NCBI GenBank assembly: GCA_049724395.1
Contig: JAUGWO010000034.1
Span: 1-64,000, forward strand
Reading direction: 5' to 3'
DNA from: Spongospora subterranea f. sp. subterranea
Taxonomy: Eukaryota
DNA: 64,000 bases
In this document: piece after piece, positions 37,899 through 50,653 of the stretch
Numbering within the stretch: position 1 is the stretch's first letter
Layout: every line of letters starts with the position of its first letter
Notes under the pieces: generated by a model
Databases searched by the model: none
The model's input: the letters and a program-made list of their open reading frames with translations, nothing else
Told to the model about the DNA's origin: nothing
Position numbers and translations under genes: made by a program

Positions 37899-40800
37899 TC
37901 AGTCGGAAAAATCGGTATCCTGGGGGGATTCCAAGCCGGCTTTTTTCGAAAAAAGGTTTTTGTAGGAAACAGAAGCCTTTAACAGCAGTGTTTGCGACTT
38001 GCTCAAAGATGTTCTGGACGTCTTCTTCCTGTGAGATGTTGCAGAGTCAGATGTGGAACTGGTGTCTTCTGTTGGTGCTCGAATGTCCTGGCCTCCAGCT
38101 GAATCTAAGGTTGCTGCGATATTAAAGTTGATCAGCCTGTATAGGGTATTTGGTGCCACCCTGAAATGATACTTTACATTGTGTCATCAAGAGGTGAATG
38201 CGCTAGCTTACTTTGGACGTTCGTCCGCGGTCTCGCTCCTGGGATTATTCAGTGCGACTTTCTCTGAATTGTGGTTATTTGGGGATAGTATGCCAAGGGC
38301 GCGCAGGTTGCCTTTCGCCAATAAGGAATCAGCGAATAAAATGGCGTTTTTCTCAGTGCAATTGAGACGTCGAGCAATGAATGTGAACAGTTCCTTGCCC
38401 GTATGTAAATTAACGCTCACGGGAGAGTCAACGTTCAGTATGTAAAAGTTGTCGGCTACCATCATATCCATCATGTTGAGGATGGCCTAAAAAACGCGCA
38501 AATCAACACTTTCCAATTAACAAAAATAATTCTATCAGTACCTCATGTGCGCTGTCTTTATCATGCGGCGGGTCTATCAGTTCATTCACGATTTTCATTT
38601 GATCTTCTTCGCTGAACGATTCAAGAGCTTGTTCTAACGCGTCAGCAGTCAGTGTTGCCAATGTGCATCCTAACTTCAACTCAGTCCTCGTTTATTTGAC
38701 CAGGACACAGCTCATACCTGTATTTGTGCGAACTGAAGTATCACGTAAACCTATCTTGTTTAGTATCGCCTCTTCCCCGAAAAAGGAGCCTGGACCCATA
38801 TAGAAGCTGTCATTGCCGCTATGGGACAAGGCCACTATGCCTGGATGATTGATTTGAGAAAAAAATTTACACAAGAGACGTTGGCTTTTTACCATCCAAA
38901 ATAATGTACATATTGCTGCCCATCTCGGATTTTCTGTAAACGTACTCTTGGGCAGGTATGCACATATAATCAAAGCATTCCAAAATGCTTTGGATCAGGT
39001 TCTCGGACAACTCCGAGAACATGGGCACCTGCCGAACGTACTGTAAAGTTACATGCTCAAGTACACGCAAGCGCAAAGCCCTTGGCAAATCTGAGATTGC
39101 TCCTTTCAAGCCAATGCCTTGAGTACCTACGAACCAGAATTGAGGCTCGGGTTTCATTGCAATGTTAAGCAATACCAACATTCCCAGCGGTAATCTAGAT
39201 ATGACCGCACTCGCCGTTGAAGGGACAGTGGGACTTTTTTATAGTTCATGAAATTGTTAATGTTGTCGACGTCGAGTTGATGAATAAAATGCAATGGGTT
39301 GAAGTGTGCGACTAAAACGCTGATTTCACCGATTAAGTACGCAACACCGAATAGACCCAACATGGAGGAAAGGATCAGAAATACAAGCTCCAACTCCGAT
39401 TCGGGGAAAGCTGGGAGAAGTTAGCTAACCATTATACACTGGTTGATTCGAACCTTGAGGTTTATTCCCTCTTCCTGTTAAAATTTTTAACGTGAGAAGA
39501 GTGGCTATGCTGTATTGTTGAAAAAGCGATTGGTGCTGTACATCAAGAGACGGAAGAAACGCTGCGTTGGGATCACACATTTAATTTTCAATTCAAAGAA
39601 AACCCACATATTCCAACCTTCGTCGTCACGTGCGAAACCTTGGATTTTGGCCATTCCAAAATAGCAACAAGACACCAGATGGGTAATAAGACAGAAAGAC
39701 GTTACCGACATCATGAGCTTCGTCAGAGTGGTATTTGACCGAACATTCTCCTTGGCCACAAAATACCGGAAAAGACCAACTAGACGTGGTACTCGTAAAA
39801 GCGGATCAGTTATTGATACTACGTGAATTGGCAGCAACGCGATCAAGTCAACCGCGAACGTTCCTAAGTTGAAATAGGCTAGGTCAATATTACCTTTAGA
39901 ATATGTGTTAGTCCGTTTAACCTGTAAAGTAATCCTTTGCGATGGCATTTCTCGAGTAGACTAGTTCTCCATTTAGGGAGTATTGTTGATGAAAATGAGC
40001 AATTATACAAATCAGGGAAATTATGTCCACAAAAGCATCAATAATAAGCGCGCTTAACAATAACGGCCCTTCAACCTCAAACCCCTGCAGGATATAAATT
40101 CCATTAATTATAACTGATGGGTGTGCATCGCTAAGCACTGACAATTCGCAGCAAAATAATAAACGCGTTGTACAGTGCAATAGACTTTTGGGCGCTGGCT
40201 AATAGGCTGCCAGCAAAAGAACGGGGACTAAATAAAGGCAGCCGACAACGTTTGCCACGATCTTTATCTTCAAACAAGTTGTCGTTCCCTTTGCCTTTTT
40301 GTCTGCCTCCCTTCCCTAACAATTTTCAATAACTTGATGAACCGCTTCGGTTACGACAAAAAATACCTTTCGCCATTTTTGCCATGAATGCTGCTTCAAT
40401 TGGAAACGCTGCCAATACCGCCTTAACATCGTTGGTTTCCAAAACAAACAATTGGCAGAACGTTCTCGCAACGTAGGAATTTGACACGACGGCTTGCGAC
40501 CGAAGGACCTCATCACCAAACATTTCCCCGATTCTGGTTAACAGTAAATGAATGCCGGACGACGTAAAGTTGGGTTTGATCCTTGACGTTCTCTACATCG
40601 TAGTATCCTTTACGAATAACCTCTCGAACCGAAAACTTGAATGGTGTGAGAAATTGACAATAAATCGGGGTTTAACTGTTATAAACCGCATACTATGATT
40701 GACGATACATTAACACTGTTATAAACCGCATACTATGATTGACGATACATTAACACTGTTATAAACCGCATACTATGATTGACGATACATTAACACTGTT

Positions 40801-43627
40801 ATAAACCGCATACTATGATTGACGATACATTAACACTGTTATAAACCGCATACTATGATTAACGATACATTAACACTGTTATAAACCGCATACTATGATT
40901 AACGATACATTAACACTGTTATAAACCGCATACTATGATTAACGATACATTAACACTGTTATAAACCGCATACTATGATTAACGATACATTAACACTGTT
41001 ATAGACCCGCATACTATGATTAACGATACATTATTGAACCCTGTTATAAACTGTAGTGTCTCTAGCAGTGATCGCTGCAAGTGCGTTATGATACGTAACA
41101 TATTGCATTTCTTGACGATTGTGTAGTTGAGGTGGTGATCAATTGTGAATTCACCTTAGAACGTTGACAGACACTCCTCGGCGGGAAATGACGTCCACGA
41201 CGCCATGGTTGATGAAACAAATACCGAATGCGGGCTGTCCTTCTACAAGTATGTTTTCTCCAGGCGAACGTACAACCATTCCCATTCGTTTAGCTAGCTC
41301 GCTCAATACGGACGCTGGCATGCGTTCGAAAAATTCCACCTTAGGGCAAACTGTTTAATCGAGGTCATGACTGTTGTTCAGGAAAAACCTTGCTGAGATG
41401 ATTCCGGTAAATAAAGGACGAGACGTCAACCCCAATGCACACTGGGAGCGTTTGTAAAACGGAAGCAGCATCAAACCCTCTCATTGATTCCCACGTGTAT
41501 CTAACAGATAATCAATTCTGTTGGTCAAACTCACAATCCCCGAATACCTGTAGAATTCCAGCAAATCAAAGCCAAGTTCGTTGGGAATCTGGTGAGTTTC
41601 AATGAATCGCTCCATGATCAACAGCCTCAAGTCTAAATTTTCCTTGCGGGCAGTTCTCCTGTATAATTTGAAATTTATCGGCGGTGGCGAAAATTACCCG
41701 AAAACACTAACCTGGAAACCCAATCTCCAGTACGACCGATTACATAAGCAAACAGAAACGTCCCGCCCAAAAAAACTAACGTGGTGAATAGGTACTGTAA
41801 ATCGCTTTGCGGTTTTGGAGTTTCACGAAATCCCTATAATCGACAAGTCGTTAGATGGGGTTTGGCGATTCAAATGATTGAACTGACTGTCATAACGTCC
41901 AATGCCCACGACAGACTATGCAGATACTTATGCTGCAAGCTGCTGTGTAATACTTCAGGTTCCATCTTCCATCCATCATTATCATCGCCGCCAAGCACAC
42001 TGAACGACAAATATGCACATGCTACAATATGGGCTACAAACATTGACATTCCGGCCAATTGGATGATCCCTGAACATACAGCTGTTTGAGCTCATAGCAA
42101 ATAACTAAACTCGAACTGAATGTAACCGTTTTCCGACGAGTCGTGAATCCGTTTGCTAAGTAATCGGATAAACCGAAGCGTTCTAATCACACGAATCGTG
42201 AACGTCATCGGAAGTTGCATTGCTAATACGAATATGTCCTTAACGAACCAATAATGGGCTATTTGACGCTAACACCCTATGGAAAATGAGACATACCAAG
42301 AAAAACGGCAGCATAGATACGAGATCTTGGACCAGGTTCGACCGAGCATACATTCTTGTCAACGTTGATCTATCTGTGATCAGCTCCCCTTTCAGATATA
42401 TACCCTGTAGGACGCATCAAAATTGTCAATCGCTTTATTGGCTTGGGCATCTTACGGTTCGCAATAGGATCAAGACGCTGGTGGTGAAGGCGCAGTCGAT
42501 GAGCAGATCCAAAACAACCAGGGTGGGATTACCGTCACCCCCTTTGAATACGAATATCTCAAATGGGACAACAACAGCATTGTACCAGACAATGAACTGC
42601 AGTAAGGTCAATGTGTATCGAACCACCAAAGAATAAGGCAAAATTGCCCCATTCTTCCAACTGTATCCAATCAACATCAACACTACTCCAATTCCATCGG
42701 ATTTTGATCTCACATACCCTATTATAAGTGGGCGTTGCATAGTATCGACCATATATTGGGCCACATTATCAATGGAAATTGCACGACCGCGAAACACTCC
42801 TTTTTCACGACCGGTCTTCTGTGGTACCGCGACTGTGGTGGCTTTCTCTCCAGATTGTTCCTCGGTTTCGTTTATTGTCTTCTCTTTACGCAACGGCTCT
42901 ACGGTTCCTACCGCTTTTTGCGTCGTCGGCCCTTTTGACTACGAACACATCAATTAGCCGAGCGACAGCGCAAAGACTGAATTCCTACCTCGTATTTATC
43001 GCCATAAGAACCTTCAGGATCGTCACTGTTCGGCATAATCTAATCGTGTTGCCATAAAAAAGTTAACCGCTATGAAAACGAGCAACAAGTTTTTACCATT
43101 GCAGGTTCTTCATTGGTAGGCAACAGATTAGTTTCGTTCTCTGGGTTGAGTTGTGATATATCAATACGGTCGAACGGTGCTGGTATGTTCATATCTTGCA
43201 TTGTGTTCTGCAGCCAAACGCGAATTGTTTTTGATTGTGGATTGGCCCGGCAATACACACACTGTTAACCGACCTTTGCATGAACCTGGAAAGCCTCGAA
43301 AACGGCGGCCCGGCTACCCCGTCGCCACACACCACCATGATTTCTGTCAATCGTGTCAGGCATATGATATATCCCCTGGGCGCTAATCGGTTGAATGGCT
43401 GTAAGCTGCAAACGAGGACAGCCAATGCCTGTCGCCACCGCAGATGACCTTCGTGATAGTTTCTCGCTGTCGGAATCCATCTGCATGCTGTGTCTTCTTG
43501 ATACTATCGCTTTGGCAGAGCTGGCCGATGTCCGCCTATTGTCAACCTGTTGTTCATCGACAATTCCTCCGTCGGATCCGTTATTTCCCTTTAAAGGTCC
43601 ACCAGCATTATTCACGACCACCGACAT
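37899..43627 (-). CDS. Cyclic-nucleotide-gated-type ion channel with two tandem TM + C-linker + cNMP-binding repeats
   Basis: Repeat 1: WYNAVVVPFEI, YLHSLSWAL, EFFERMP...SPGENILVEG, MFGDE...VARTFCQLFVL. Repeat 2: DLIALLP, FMNYKKVPLSLQRRVRSYLDYRW, VPMFSEL, GSFFGEEAIL...RDTSVRT. Ends approximate. Confidence 0.85.
40676..41050. repeat. 40-bp minisatellite, ~9 copies, intronic
   Basis: Unit ctgttataaaccgcatactatgatt(g/a)acgatacattaaca; period 40676 to 40716. Confidence 0.97.
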
Positions 43628-44517
43628 TAGTCGGTTTAGCCAGAAGGATCGAGCCCGAGACTGTACCTTCCTCCACTATTTGAGACTAATGTACTTTAGA
43701 TCGTACTATAACCATATTATGACCATTTAATTACACTAATGTCTTCATTGTTCTTTGACTCTCAATCCAGAAACCTTCGACCGGCAGCACATCTTCCCTA
43801 TTCTTGCGACCAACAACAACGAAAAATGTGCTATACAATCATTGAAAGGGAAAGTCAACACAGCCCACCAAGCAACTGGTACATGGCATGCCAATATAGC
43901 AGAACGTGAAGACGACGACTCCAGAAACTACTGATTTTCATGGTTAACCATTTGCCCAGTCTAAAAAACGCTCGCAGCGCGAACCAAGCCGGATACTGAC
44001 TAAAATGAACAAAGGAAACAAGATGGCAATAAGTTTCTCTGATTGAGGAGCCATCATCATGGTCGGCATTGCAGCACTAGTTTCCAGAACCATGCGGTGC
44101 ATTGTCATGGGCGATAACGATAAAACAAAAATGCCAATTGAAGAAATTTCAGGGCTCATGTTGGTGCCATACTCCTCTTCTTGGTAGGGCATGTAAAAAT
44201 TTGTAGACGGCAGACGATATGGTAAACAATCGTGGACCACACGATTGTTTAGACAGCATTCACGATGATCGAAATGCAGGTGATCATCGTTACGTTTTCC
44301 GATCTCCTTCAATAAAGAGGCGCTTCAAGTACAGAATGCTCTCTCCGAATTTCTACAGCGACAGGAGCGTGAGTTCCATGATCACTGTCATTAACCCAGA
44401 TCATCAGAGTTCTTAGAGTTTTTTAGGATTTTCATTGAAAAGCAAAACAGACTAATCGATAATAATTTGTTATCACAATACGCAAAACGAGCATAATGGC
44501 GCCCATTTTGTAAGAAA

Positions 44518-45873
44518 ATGAGAGTACCCAGTGATCGATTGTGGGAAAAATGGGGAGCCCATATGGGCATTTTTCACAAAATGACCTACAGGAAGTACCT
44601 GAACCTGAATATGGCCCTGATCTGGATCATGTTCACCAAATATGCTGCTGGAATTTTGGTGAAAGATAACCCCACTAATAACACGGTCTACATTCCCAGC
44701 CACAACTATCGCCATGCGAATACCTCATTCTCCATCACGGCACCGATCATCATCATGCCCGAGGTCGGTTTCAAACTCGGACCGGAAGTCGTCGGGCACG
44801 TTGTTGTGTTCAACGTGCCTCCGGCCGCGATTGGACGATTATACTCGATTGCCGAGCAATGTCTCGCCCATAAATGTGCTGGGATCGTTACTGCAGCAGC
44901 AACAGGTCCATACAGGGGCTGGTTTCCTGTCTTCTACACCACCAACTCCCGCGCCTTTGCCCACGTTCCCATCGTCGAGTCCTCGCGAGTGATCGCGTCG
45001 AAAACCGCCACGATCACAATGCAATCAGATGATGACGAATCAGCGCTAGAGTTTTGGCTCTCATGGGATGTGCAACTAACGAATTCGATGGGAATTCTAT
45101 TATCATCCGCCGTCATAGTTGCGGGAATTGTCCAAACTCTGAGGTTCTTGATAACGGATCAATTCGAATTGCGAACACTCCATCTGGGAACCGCAGTCGT
45201 GATATTCTCCGAAATAATGGCCAACGTCAACCGTTTGATATATTTCCTGAATATGGGCCCGTTATGCACTAAGCCTTTCATATATGGGATTATTCGATTC
45301 TCGTCAATGTCAGGATTTGGTTGGTCGTTTCTGTCGACGACGACGCTGGCGATGTTGATCTATTGCGTTGTTAAAGATACCGATGAGCGTGCGGAAAGAT
45401 TGGCGAAATCCATCGTGTACGGTTCACTGGGGACAATATTCGTCATTATGCAAACTCTGCACCTTATTGAGTCGATATTGGAGACTGAAGCCGTTTTCCG
45501 GGTTCTTCCTCTCTGTCTACAATTACTAGGACACGCGTTCGCCTCAGGGATGTTTGCCTTCTATGGCTACCGACTCACCAATCGCTTGTCCAGCTCGGTT
45601 TTACTCCTGATTCCTGTTTGGGATGACCGGCGCCATTTATTGGCGAAACGGGTCCGAAGCAGTGGGTATTCAGGTCTGTGTGGCGTATTTGGCCAAATCG
45701 GTTTGCTGACCGTATTGGAGTACCCTCGTCTCTGGGCAATATTGTTCGCCATTGTGAGCTCGTGTATGGCATTCGAAGGGTGGAATCATATAATCGCATT
45801 ACAGCCGCGTGATTCAGCGGTGGACGACATATTTTTCAGGGGTTTCTGCAAAGGTCGTGGTGGAATTCAATAA
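44518..45873 (+). CDS. Intronless multi-pass membrane protein: PA-like N-terminal domain plus ~7 TM helices (GPCR-like)
   Basis: 451-aa ORF; VVGHVVVF...AEQCLAHKCAGIV...VPIVE resembles a PA domain; about seven hydrophobic segments follow; true start may be a downstream Met. Confidence 0.7.
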   Translation: MRVPSDRLWEKWGAHMGIFHKMTYRKYLNLNMALIWIMFTKYAAGILVKDNPTNNTVYIPSHNYRHANTSFSITAPIIIMPEVGFKLGPEVVGHVVVFNVPPAAIGRLYSIAEQCLAHKCAGIVTAAATGPYRGWFPVFYTTNSRAFAHVPIVESSRVIASKTATITMQSDDDESALEFWLSWDVQLTNSMGILLSSAVIVAGIVQTLRFLITDQFELRTLHLGTAVVIFSEIMANVNRLIYFLNMGPLCTKPFIYGIIRFSSMSGFGWSFLSTTTLAMLIYCVVKDTDERAERLAKSIVYGSLGTIFVIMQTLHLIESILETEAVFRVLPLCLQLLGHAFASGMFAFYGYRLTNRLSSSVLLLIPVWDDRRHLLAKRVRSSGYSGLCGVFGQIGLLTVLEYPRLWAILFAIVSSCMAFEGWNHIIALQPRDSAVDDIFFRGFCKGRGGIQ

Positions 45874-45964
45874 AACCCTTTAGTAATCACAATAAATATC
45901 TCGTGGTACATTATTGCTTTTTGATGAACGTTTCCCTCAAACAACATAATCTTTGGAAAAACGG

Positions 45965-46863
45965 CTAGATATCAATCCTTGTTATATTTGCGGGTGCAGC
46001 GATCGAAAATAGAGCCGCTTGCTCGCCTGATAAAATGTTTGTTAGTATCATCCAGCAGTGTAAAATTTGGATCAAAAGTATCGTGCAGCGATCGTCAAGA
46101 AGACGTGACCATGTTGTTGCAATCCAGTCAGGGGCAATTAGCCTGCCGACATATCCTGGTGAACCCTCATCAGTTGATTGGTAAAAACCGACGGTGCCAC
46201 ATTCGCTTTCTCTAGCTGAGTCCAATTCTTGAATAGACTCCTTGATATCTTCAATCGTGCAGGTTTTAACAACTAAAGCTTTAGCGGATTGGATTAGTAG
46301 TTGCTGGATATTGCCAAACTTCTAGACATCCACGTACTGATTGCTTAACAAAACGAATCTGCTGGAACTCTGTTCACGTTCTAATATATCTGACTCCAGC
46401 TTTTGATTGTAGAGATATTCCTGAGTATCAAACAAATCAAAAATTTACGAGGTGGGTTTGAGCCGAAAACATTTTTCAACTCGATTTCGCCATCCGTGTC
46501 CTAGCCCATTCTAAGAAAAAGTTGGCCGAACAAGACAAAACAAACACCGACAGCCCAAGAAGACGTGTACTTTCGTCTTTTTGGAGAAGTAGTTTTTCTG
46601 ATTTTTCCCCTTTTGGTTGCGACATCGGTGTTGGATTTACCCTTGTTTTTCGTTGGTTTCCGAGCGTGGCTGGCGAAAACCGGTTCCATTTCCCTGTTGA
46701 GGTCTGGACTTCTGAAATGCTTTAATACGGCTATGATGTTGCCTCTTTATACACCAATATGATCATATAAAACATGATAGGGCTAGACACTATATCCCTC
46801 TTCAAATCGCCAGGTCTTTAACGGTTGATATTGAACTCCGACCCGCAAATCCACTATCTCCAT
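45965..46863 (-). CDS. Hypothetical spliced protein with a basic, Lys/Arg-rich segment
   Basis: Minus-strand ORFs 46501-46689 and 45965-46225; candidate ATG at 46863 divergent from the GT4 gene. Confidence 0.4.
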
Positions 46864-46914
46864 CTTTTCCTCTCGGACAATTTCAGACACAATAAAGTGA
46901 GTTGAAAGGGAAGA

Positions 46915-48794
46915 ATGGCAACTCTTCAGGAACAGATCGTTCCTAAAGGGCATTCTCTTCATTACTTTCGCTCGGATCCGCGACTCGCCACCCCTGTAGC
47001 TGAAATGGCGGATGCGGCCGATCAGTTGGCGTCCGCATTCAAAGGGATTTATCGCAATCGGCGCCTGTTCATGGTCAACTCGACCGGTAAAGGCGGTGGT
47101 GTTGCCGAGATGATTCCTAGTCGTCTCCAGATGATACGCCAGTTCGGAATCGAGACTCATTGGCTTGTATTGAACCCAGGGCCCTCCGACGCAAGCTTCT
47201 TCGATTTCACCAAACGACGTGGGTTTATTTGGTCATCTCCACATGCTTTCGCCTGATATTCGAATGAAATCAGTTCATAATTTAATTCACGACAATCCGG
47301 CCGATGGCGACAATCTACAGATCTCGTTGAAGGAGCGCGCCACATATGAGCGCGTCTCCCAAGAGGTGGCGACCTTGCTAGCCAAACGGGTCTGTGGCGA
47401 TGATGTCGTTATCGTACACGATCCTCAAGCACTGGGAATCAGCACATTCCTTCGCCTCCTGGTTCACGAAATCATTATCATCTTCCGTTGCCATATCGGT
47501 CTAGATAAATCCACACCAGCGACCAGAGCCGCCTGGAATTTCCTGAAACCATTTTCCAAGGTAAAATAGTCAGTTTGAAAAGAGAATTGACACTTATTTT
47601 TTCTTGTTCTGGCGGTGTGTCGTCAGCAGAATCGCCTATGACAATTTGGCTTCGAATGGATAACTTAGCGTTGATCGTCTCTAAATTGTCGCCATGATTG
47701 ACAGGACTTCAACGCTGCTGTATTTTCGGCGGCCGAATATATTCCTGGGTTTATGGCTGGGAAGTCAGTGGTGATCCCACCCGGTATCGATCCCACCGAT
47801 GACAAGAACAGGGAGCTGAGCGCGGTTCGACTCATGTCGATACTGGTCGCGGCCGGGTTCGTTTCCAAGGTTGAAGGGAGCCACCAGACCTGCTATCCTG
47901 TTTGGGATGTCGGCGCCCAACGACTGCAGAAGAACGGGATGCTGGGTCCAGCGTCGACCCCGATCGATTTCGGGTTCATGTTCCGTCCGATCATAAGTCA
48001 GATCTCTCGTTGGGATAAGCTGAAAGGATGGCTGCCGTTATTGAGGGCATTCGTGATTCTGAAGCGTCACCGGCAATACTATTTCGAGAAGAAAACGACG
48101 GGGAAATCCACCGATTCGTATCATGGATGCCGGCTGAAACATGTGGGATTGGTTCTAGCCGGGCCGAATCCCCAGGCGATTCAGGATGACCCCGAAGGGC
48201 AGCTGGTCTTCGAACAGCTTCGTGAAGAGTATCTGCAGCTCGAGGACGACATCCAGAGCGATATCGCCATCATCACGTTGCCCATGGAATCCCGGAAGCA
48301 CAACGCCCTCATGGTCAACGCCATTCACTGCATCTCCTCGGTCAGTAAACTTCACAGTCAGGTTCGCGTCTCTCGCCAATCCCTGAAAGTTGTCGCGATG
48401 ATCGCAGGTCGTCGTACAGAATTCGAAACAGGAAGGGTTCGGGCTGACCTGCACCGAAGCGATGCTGAAAGGGGTTGCCGTGATCGGTACGATGGCGTGT
48501 GGAATTCGTCATCAGATCATCAATGGGGTCCATGGGCGGCTCGTGCACGACCCGGAGAACATCGAAGAGATCGCCGATCTGATGAACGACATGCTGGCCA
48601 ATGAGAAGACGGCCGAACGGCTAGGATCGAAAGCGCGGCGTCGTGTCCTGAAAGAATTCACAGTGTTTGGTCAAGTGACTCGATGGCTGGAGCTGTTCCA
48701 CAGACTCCTATTTGAAGCCAAATCGACAGAAATGAGCGAAGACGGTGCAGGTGAATCTCTGGATGACGATAACGAATCAATCTGTCTAGATTAA
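46915..48794 (+). CDS. GT4 glycosyltransferase, trehalose synthase TreT-like
   Basis: MVNSTGKGGGVAEMI, FTKRLHNLIH, VIVHDPQ, FRCHI, QISRWDKLKG, QNSKQEGFGLTCTEAM; introns 47219-47273, 47561-47704 and 48341-48407 restore the frame. Confidence 0.9.
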
Positions 48795-48878
48795 GCCAAT
48801 CAGTTTTGTTAACAATTCCCAAGATTGGTAGTTGGTTTAGGTGAAATGGACAATTGGGGCGATAGATTTTTGCAAATT

Positions 48879-49901
48879 TCATAAATGGGTGTTTGTGGAC
48901 AGTGATTTCGATGTAGGAAAGGCAAGATGGGTCAGGAGAATCGATGGTCCACCTATATTGTGCAATGTCTGTAATTGCTGTTCGCCTTTGAGGAAAATGA
49001 AACCAGCGTACGCCAGACTGTTCAACCCGATACCGTCGTGAGAGCTGGACGAGCGCGGCACAATCTGTACAGTCAATCAGGGGGCAATCAAAATCACACG
49101 AGCATCAAACTGATTGGGCGATTGAGCGTGTACCATCATGTAGTCAACAGTCAATAAGAAGCTATAAGACGAGTCGGTATTCACGTCGAGTTCTAACAGC
49201 ATTGACCGGTAGAATCGCTCAACCACGTTGATATTGAACTCGCCTTCGCCGAAGCAGACCACAAGGTGTTTGAACGGCAGCGCCGAAATCACCGATGGAG
49301 TGCGAAGTCGGTCGCCGGTAGCGGCTGATTTAGCAATCAGCTGTGATAGCGGAGCGTCCCGAATAAGTTCCGATTGAAATCGTGGGATAACCTGCACGTG
49401 AAGGTGAGGCTGTGAAGCCCCAGAGTGTTCGCCAAAATTATGGAAAGCGAGACCGTTGATGGAGACGATGCACATGATCAACTGGGTCAGAAGCTCTTGA
49501 GTTAGTGAGCTGTTCTGGGGAACGAACTCGTTCGTGACCAGAAGGACGTGTCGGTCAACGAGGTTGAACTTATTCAACAGCAATCTATGGTGATCGCCGC
49601 ATTCAGCCACTAACAGACCGGTTTCAAAGGGCGGCATGAAGGGGTTTCTGGGAACGGTTTTCTGTACTTCATCAGATTTTTCTTTGTCGACGAGATTCTA
49701 GAGACGGCCAATAATGGATAAAGGAATATGATTTGTGACGGCTGATACCTTGGCGATACGAATATAAAAGTGCATATCAATATTAGCGTCTTTCAGTTCG
49801 CTAACTTCCGAATCGAATGACACCAGAGTGGCAGCTGTTCTGGAATCGGCACTGCGTTTGTCAATTAGCGTTAGAAGACCATCGGGGTCATCCATTTCCA
49901 T
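48879..49901 (-). CDS. APA2: Ap4A phosphorylase / ATP adenylyltransferase (Apa1/Apa2 family)
   Basis: NPFMPP, LLLNKFN..DRHVLLVT.EF.PQ, FHNFGEHSGASQPHLHVQ (HxHxQ), NSLAYAGFIF; two introns. Confidence 0.9.
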
Positions 49902-50653
49902 TCACTACAAGTTGCTGTACTGTATCTGATAGGGTGTGAGACAGTCAGACAACACCGTTACACCCAACTGACGCCGTACCGTCCCCCTGACTGACATGAC
50001 CGAGGAGGAGGAGGAGGACCGGGACGGGTATGCAGTTGGGTGAGGAGGACAGACCGCATGGACATGGGTTCATTCCGCCCGCACTCGACCACAACAGGAA
50101 GTGAAATCATTAAAGGGATATAGCGGCTTGTAGCTTCTCAGCCCCCTGATTCCCTGGTTGGATTCGCTGGTTTCAGTAATGCTGAGATCGTGATAGTATT
50201 GTCGAAGCTGATATTTGTTTTCTCGAGGGATTCTGATTCCGCAAGTTGATCATATGGCATGGCAGTTTACCGAGTCGTTGACATTATTGGAGGGTTGACG
50301 CATTGAATATTCAATGGCCGAATTGAAAGATCCTGCACGACCATGGTTGGAAGGCAAAGAGACATGATTTTACTTTATCAATGCCCTAATCAATTGTGGC
50401 ATTTAACTCGTACTGGAGTTCCTTCGTCGTCTCTTTAATTATCCGTTGGCAACCATCCTCCCATCCATTTTCAAAACAATATTATCTCTACCCCCGAGAT
50501 GTTCAGAGTGAAAATCTGAACGCCCAAGAGGAACCTGATGTTGACGGAGATGTTGACGGTAAGATATAATCATGCCTGTCGGATTGTTAAGTTCCTACGA
50601 CAATAAACACTGCGACTAATTTATTCGTTCAACGCGTAGAAAAAGCAAGCAGA

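Noticed and set aside
43700..44420. Possible decayed membrane-protein gene on the minus strand
   Set aside because: Only scattered hydrophobic fragments; no coherent model
49920..50600. Possible snoRNA or other ncRNA in the long intergenic gap
   Set aside because: Only scattered TGA/CTGA words; no convincing C/D or H/ACA layout; an Rfam search is needed
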